Assembly: GCF_963921235.1 (NCBI RefSeq)
Contig: NW_026948111.1
Coordinates: 62,001 to 126,000 of the forward strand
DNA from: Mobula hypostoma
Lineage: Eukaryota
DNA length: 64,000 bases
Direction: 5' to 3'
Under the pieces are notes generated by a model. The model was not told the DNA's origin. It saw only the letters and a program-made list of their open reading frames with translations, and ran no database searches. A program made the translations under genes and the position numbers. Below are positions 63,321-64,000 of the stretch, one piece after another; the first letter of the stretch is position 1; each line of letters starts with the position of its first letter.

Positions 63321-63575
63321 CTGTGACTGCCGTACAAAGATGCCCCGGTTGTCCTCACATGTGAAGTAGCGCTTGCCCTGCACAGTGCCATCGTTTTTGC
63401 CCTTGGCGTCGTCCAGGATCACTCCGACCCACTTCCCGGAGGCAAACATGGTGGCACCCACGTAAGCCACTGTGCCGCGATGCCCTTTGCCGATTACCTC
63501 CACTCGGGAGCCCACCTTCAGGGGTTTAGTACTGCCCCCTTCCCCACTCATCCTGCCGCTGCTGGGGTGTGAGGT
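63321..63575 (-). CDS. dctn1: Dynactin subunit 1 (p150Glued) exon 2-equivalent, CAP-Gly domain
   Basis: 255 nt, TTTGCAG|...CAG|GTATCG, phase 0-0. Encodes [85 protein letters not shown] with the GKNDG motif; closely matches the recalled human DCTN1 CAP-Gly exon. Confidence 0.98.
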
Positions 63576-63624
63576 CTGCAAACAAATGTTCAGAGGTAAC
63601 GGTGCAGGCCAATTCCAGGGAAGA

Positions 63625-64000
63625 ACAAACACCGATGGGAAACACATCAGGAAAGCAGAGACAACACCGATGGGAAACACATCAGGGAAGTAGAGACAAG
63701 ACCGATGGGAAACACATCAGGGAAGTAGAGACAAGACCGATGGGAAACACATCAGGGAAGTAGAGACAAGACCGATGGGAAACACATCAGGGAAGTAGAG
63801 ACAAGACCGATGGGAAACACATCAGGGAAGTAGAGACAAGACCGATGGGAAACACATCAGGGAAGTAGAGACAACACTGATGGGAAACACATCAGGGAAG
63901 CAGAGACAACACCGATGGGAAACACATCAGGGAAGTAGAGACAAGACCGATGGGAAACACATCAGGGAAGTAGAGACAAGACCGATGGGAAACACATCAG
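63625..64000. repeat. Minisatellite, 35 bp unit, continuing past the window end
   Basis: ACCGATGGGAAACACATCAGGGAAGTAGAGACAAG in tandem. Confidence 0.96.

Noticed and set aside
1..64000. Novel prokaryote-style system (retron, DGR, defence island) suggested by many RT ORFs next to repeats
   Set aside because: All RTs are decayed vertebrate non-LTR retrotransposons inside spliceosomal introns of dctn1; there is no operon structure.

Overview
Vertebrate genomic DNA, not prokaryotic. The CR1, Rex1-type, V-SINE and Penelope-type repeat content suggests a cartilaginous fish, probably a ray or skate (inference). The window holds eight coding exons of dctn1 (dynactin subunit 1, p150Glued) on the minus strand, equivalent to human exons 2-9: the CAP-Gly exon (63321-63575), two linker exons, three basic-domain microexons of 21/18/21 nt, the Ser/Pro-rich exon and the first coiled-coil exon (3522-3719). 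All have GT-AG boundaries and splice in frame. Exon 1 and exons 10 onward lie outside the window. The introns are filled with intron-specific minisatellites (largest about 10.3 kb) and nested decayed LINEs, SINEs and DNA transposons; boundaries of these repeats are approximate. I found no new multi-gene system. The most interesting signals concern isoform control: an apparently conserved p135-type internal start (MMRQ) with upstream X-box and CRE motifs, a candidate extra first coding exon, microexon splicing signals partly supplied by a minisatellite, and a triplicated exon-9 acceptor whose extra copies lead to an in-frame stop.
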